24,000 bases of DNA from Candidatus Parcubacteria bacterium (lineage in GTDB: Bacteria; Patescibacteriota; Minisyncoccia; Phycocordibacterales; UBA2100). Under the pieces are notes generated by a model. The model did no database searches. It saw only the letters and a list, made by a program, of their open reading frames with translations, and was not told where the DNA came from. A program made the translations under genes and the position numbers. The stretch covers positions 1-24,000 of the forward strand of contig JBDKGA010000056.1 in assembly GCA_039798465.1 (NCBI GenBank), given 5' to 3'. This document shows positions 21,532-24,000 of the stretch, piece by piece; the stretch's first letter is position 1, and each line of letters starts with the position of its first letter.

Positions 21532-21881
21532 TTGGTCTGGGGAGGATCTAAGAACGTGATGTTGAGAATGTCAGGGTTTATCTGGTGTAAGATAATCCAA
21601 ATTGCGAGCAAAATAAGCAGACCGATGATGGCGTTTTGAAACACCTCCTTTGCATGATGTTTGTTGCTCCACATGTCAGCACTGCCCATGTAGAGCCAGC
21701 CTGCCCACATGATGCGCATCATGGCGAGGATGGCCCCAATATTTATTGCGACAACAAAAGCAGTGTTGAGCATGCTCGCAATACTCAAGTCTCCATTTGT
21801 ACTAAACAGACCGGACACTAGAGGGTCTCCCCCGTTTTGACCGGGAGGTGTTATGGGCACAAAGGTTCGTTCATCAGCCAT
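21528..21881 (-). CDS. TrbC/VirB2-like two-TM 'pilin' family small membrane protein
   Basis: 117 aa. Two TM helices flank a short loop: AINIGAILAMMRIMWAGWLYMGSADMWSNKHHAKEVFQNAIIGLLILLAIWIILHQINP. This architecture resembles VirB2/TrbC and the CPR 'T4SS pilin' family. There is no N-terminal signal peptide. Confidence 0.5.
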   Translation of the reverse strand: MADERTFVPITPPGQNGGDPLVSGLFSTNGDLSIASMLNTAFVVAINIGAILAMMRIMWAGWLYMGSADMWSNKHHAKEVFQNAIIGLLILLAIWIILHQINPDILNITFLDPPQTN

Positions 21882-21885
21882 ACAA

Positions 21886-23190
21886 CTATTTTACTATCCT
21901 CAAAACCCATAATGATTCGTCTTTGCCGTCGATAAACGCTATCCATTTGCCCGAAGGATCAACTTGTGGATTGCGCACATCAATTGCCTCTTCGCTTGCG
22001 TAGAGCGCCTGGCTTGCGCCTGAGCTCGTATCAAGCAGCCACCACGTGTCTTCTGTGTGGAGTGCTCCCTGGTACCAGGCTTGTAAAAATGCAGAGGATG
22101 CAGAGATGCGTGGCACTGCACAATAGGCGGCGTGTGTGCCAGTACTTACCGGCGCCCATGCACACTTATCAACCACCGTATTGAGCGCAAACGTGACGGG
22201 GTTTGGGCCGGCACCCTTTGCAAAAACCGAGAGCCTCCCCTCTGTTGCTGTGCTCCACAGGAGAGACGTCGATGATGCCCGCGGCAATACCATAAGTCCT
22301 GGGGAGGGCTCGACGAGTGGCACCAGACCTCCAGATTTTGTTAGTTCGTAGGCCGCACCCATGACGCCATCGCTGGCACGCTGTACGAGGACGCGGCGCC
22401 CCGATACGTCGATGGGTTTCCAGTCACGGAGTGCGGAGTTAAATACTACTGTCTGCTTACTGCCGTCGGCTTGTGCCACGACTCCCTCGGAGCCTGCAGC
22501 GGTAGGGCGAAGGAAAAATATTGTTTGGGTAAGTGGATTGAGTGAGAGTGCCTGGATATTCTTTTCGAGCGGCGCTCCGTGTAGTGTGGTTGATGTTGCA
22601 GAGCGCGCAATGGAACCACTAAACGTTATGAGTGATCCATTCTCGAGGCGGCGCTCAATGACTATGTCCCCCGCAAAGACTGCCTCGTGTGTTTTAGGCA
22701 TGAGTGTGTTTGAAAGTCGCTCAACCGAACCTGTCCACGGATCTGCGGAAAACACATATCCAGTAGCTCGCTCAACGTACCGCAGGGATAGTCCCGATTC
22801 TGTTTGTACAAAACCAAATCCTGCGATTGGCGTTTTTACTGCTTGCCATACGCGCGGGGTTTCAGGGACGCGTTCACGTGCCGGGCTGCTCGTGCCGAGG
22901 GCCACATCTCCCGCACTGAGCGGATCTGTTGTAGAGCCTACAGCCCCATTTCCCATAACCCCGAGTGGATTACCCCCCACGGTGATGCCGGGGGCACCAT
23001 CCAATATATTTTGTGTTGCGCCTCCGGAATTAGTTCCGAATACGCCACCGCCGACAGAGAATCCACGCGCCTTATCCGAAGATTGGATTGCATTTGTGTG
23101 TGTGCGTATATATACATACCACCCAGCTAAGCCTCCCAATATGGAGACGAGAAGGGCGGTCGCGACTGTTTGTGCGTATGGTATGCGCAT
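21886..23190 (-). CDS. Membrane-anchored protein with a Gly-rich linker and a predicted beta-propeller-like ectodomain
   Basis: 434 aa. N-terminal TM helix (VATALLVSILGGLAGWYVYI). The body is beta-rich. The C-terminal DPSGKWIAFIDGKDESLWVL resembles a TolB/PD40 blade. It is packed 4 nt from the downstream gene and 3 nt from the upstream gene. Confidence 0.7.
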   Translation of the reverse strand: MRIPYAQTVATALLVSILGGLAGWYVYIRTHTNAIQSSDKARGFSVGGGVFGTNSGGATQNILDGAPGITVGGNPLGVMGNGAVGSTTDPLSAGDVALGTSSPARERVPETPRVWQAVKTPIAGFGFVQTESGLSLRYVERATGYVFSADPWTGSVERLSNTLMPKTHEAVFAGDIVIERRLENGSLITFSGSIARSATSTTLHGAPLEKNIQALSLNPLTQTIFFLRPTAAGSEGVVAQADGSKQTVVFNSALRDWKPIDVSGRRVLVQRASDGVMGAAYELTKSGGLVPLVEPSPGLMVLPRASSTSLLWSTATEGRLSVFAKGAGPNPVTFALNTVVDKCAWAPVSTGTHAAYCAVPRISASSAFLQAWYQGALHTEDTWWLLDTSSGASQALYASEEAIDVRNPQVDPSGKWIAFIDGKDESLWVLRIVK

Positions 23191-23193
23191 AGA

Positions 23194-24000
23194 TTATCGT
23201 ATTTCGAATGGATTCTGGACACTCGTTTCCGAGGCGAATGATATTGTCCACCGATTGTCTGCACCAAAGAAAATATTGGCTGCATGAGAAAGACTGAGTC
23301 CTATTCGTGCGGTTCCACCTTCTTGCGCACCAAGAGCCAGCGCGTTTCGGGTAGCATCTTTTGTCTCTACGCGGCGCCCGTTGACGGTCCATTCGTACAG
23401 GAGGTCGCTATCAGTGGGTGTTTTTGCGGACGCAAAAAATGGTATTGCAGCCACCACTACCTCCTTGCCCACTACGGACTCAGAAGATTTGAATGAATGG
23501 TTAAAGCGCAAACCAAAGAGCGGGTGGTCTTCCACTAATCGCACTACGGGGTCAGCTGAGCGTATTACTGCTAGTGCTGTGCCGCTAAAGATTCCATCTA
23601 CACTCTCTGCCTCAACAGAAATAGTGTCTGTGCTAAACAGAAGCGGAGAGGGCATGGTTGCGCTTGATTTGCCGCGCCCCGAGACATTTCCCACTACCTG
23701 CCCATTGCGCCGCCACGTATAGAGGATGTCGCTTGTGGGGACAAAAGAACCATTCGATTTTTTGAAGCGCGTAACTGTCTCGAGACGCAAGGTGGTCCCA
23801 GCAGAAGGGAGCGCTCGACCAGCATAAAAGGCAGGAACATACGAGTCGCTGTCGTACAGGATATCCATCTCTGTGGGTGTGATGGTGGTACGTGCGACAA
23901 GTAGAGAGCCTTCGGGGGTCGCTATGTCGGCGCGCACGTCAGTTTGAGATCCAAGACTCGGCGCGGTGAGAGTAATCGTTTTTTGTGCGCCCCCTATTGG
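23194..24000 (-). CDS. C-terminal part of a beta-rich repeat protein (5' end outside the window)
   Basis: The frame stays open to the window edge (..PIGGAQKTITLTAPSLGSQTDVRADIATPEGS..). The GTG at 23937 in the ORF track is probably internal. There is an internal repeat signature: YTWRRNGQVVGNVSG / YEWTVNGRRVETKDA. Confidence 0.7.
   Translation of the reverse strand, partial: PIGGAQKTITLTAPSLGSQTDVRADIATPEGSLLVARTTITPTEMDILYDSDSYVPAFYAGRALPSAGTTLRLETVTRFKKSNGSFVPTSDILYTWRRNGQVVGNVSGRGKSSATMPSPLLFSTDTISVEAESVDGIFSGTALAVIRSADPVVRLVEDHPLFGLRFNHSFKSSESVVGKEVVVAAIPFFASAKTPTDSDLLYEWTVNGRRVETKDATRNALALGAQEGGTARIGLSLSHAANIFFGADNRWTISFASETSVQNPFEIR

Noticed and set aside
22361-23287. 308-aa plus-strand ORF
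   Set aside because: It is antisense to the 434-aa membrane-anchored gene. Its Ser/Pro/Arg-rich composition and lack of start context mark it as a shadow ORF of a GC-balanced gene.
1-24000. Alternative genetic code (UGA recoding, as in some CPR lineages), CRISPR arrays, and transposons, integrases or phage genes
   Set aside because: TGA terminates well-supported genes (rnpA, PBP1A, the prenyl synthase), with homologous proteins ending where expected. I saw no direct-repeat/spacer arrays, terminal inverted repeats, transposase genes or recombinase genes.

Overview
This window looks like the replication-origin neighbourhood of a small, tightly packed bacterial chromosome. It carries the conserved block dnaN<-dnaA | rpmH->rnpA->yidC->jag. 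Gene content and style suggest a Patescibacteria/CPR-like organism, but that is inference, not proof. The supporting traits are shortened HolA and YebC, an orphan PilB, a VirB2-like pilin, a lamin-tail-domain protein and Cys-rich secreted proteins.

I support 25 protein genes, three of them below the 60-aa ORF-track cutoff or re-started: rpmH (44 aa), a 59-aa membrane protein and a 68-aa 4-Cys protein. There is one tRNA-Lys(UUU). Housekeeping calls are a SpoU methyltransferase, DoxX, polyprenyl synthase plus UppS, HolA-like, PolA, TsaE, PilB, RuvB, DUF2585, YebC, RuvC, PBP1A, DnaN and DnaA. TGA, TAA and TAG all end genes, so the code is standard. I saw no rRNA, CRISPR array, transposase or integrase.

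The most interesting signals are non-coding:
- A (TGn)TAnnnT box sits 6-7 nt upstream of the ATG of almost every operon-first gene, with no Shine-Dalgarno (SD) sequence. This implies mostly leaderless mRNAs. The only strong SDs precede small unannotated ORFs.
- Two unusually long, heavily structured gaps (2146-2430 and 11097-11449) are candidate ncRNAs.
- A small SD-bearing cassette lies between yebC and ruvC.
- Three convergent gene pairs share a CTAG stop/stop overlap.
- A three-gene surface operon ends in a VirB2-like pilin.
- A DnaA-box cluster with an AT-rich element marks a likely oriC between dnaA and dnaN.
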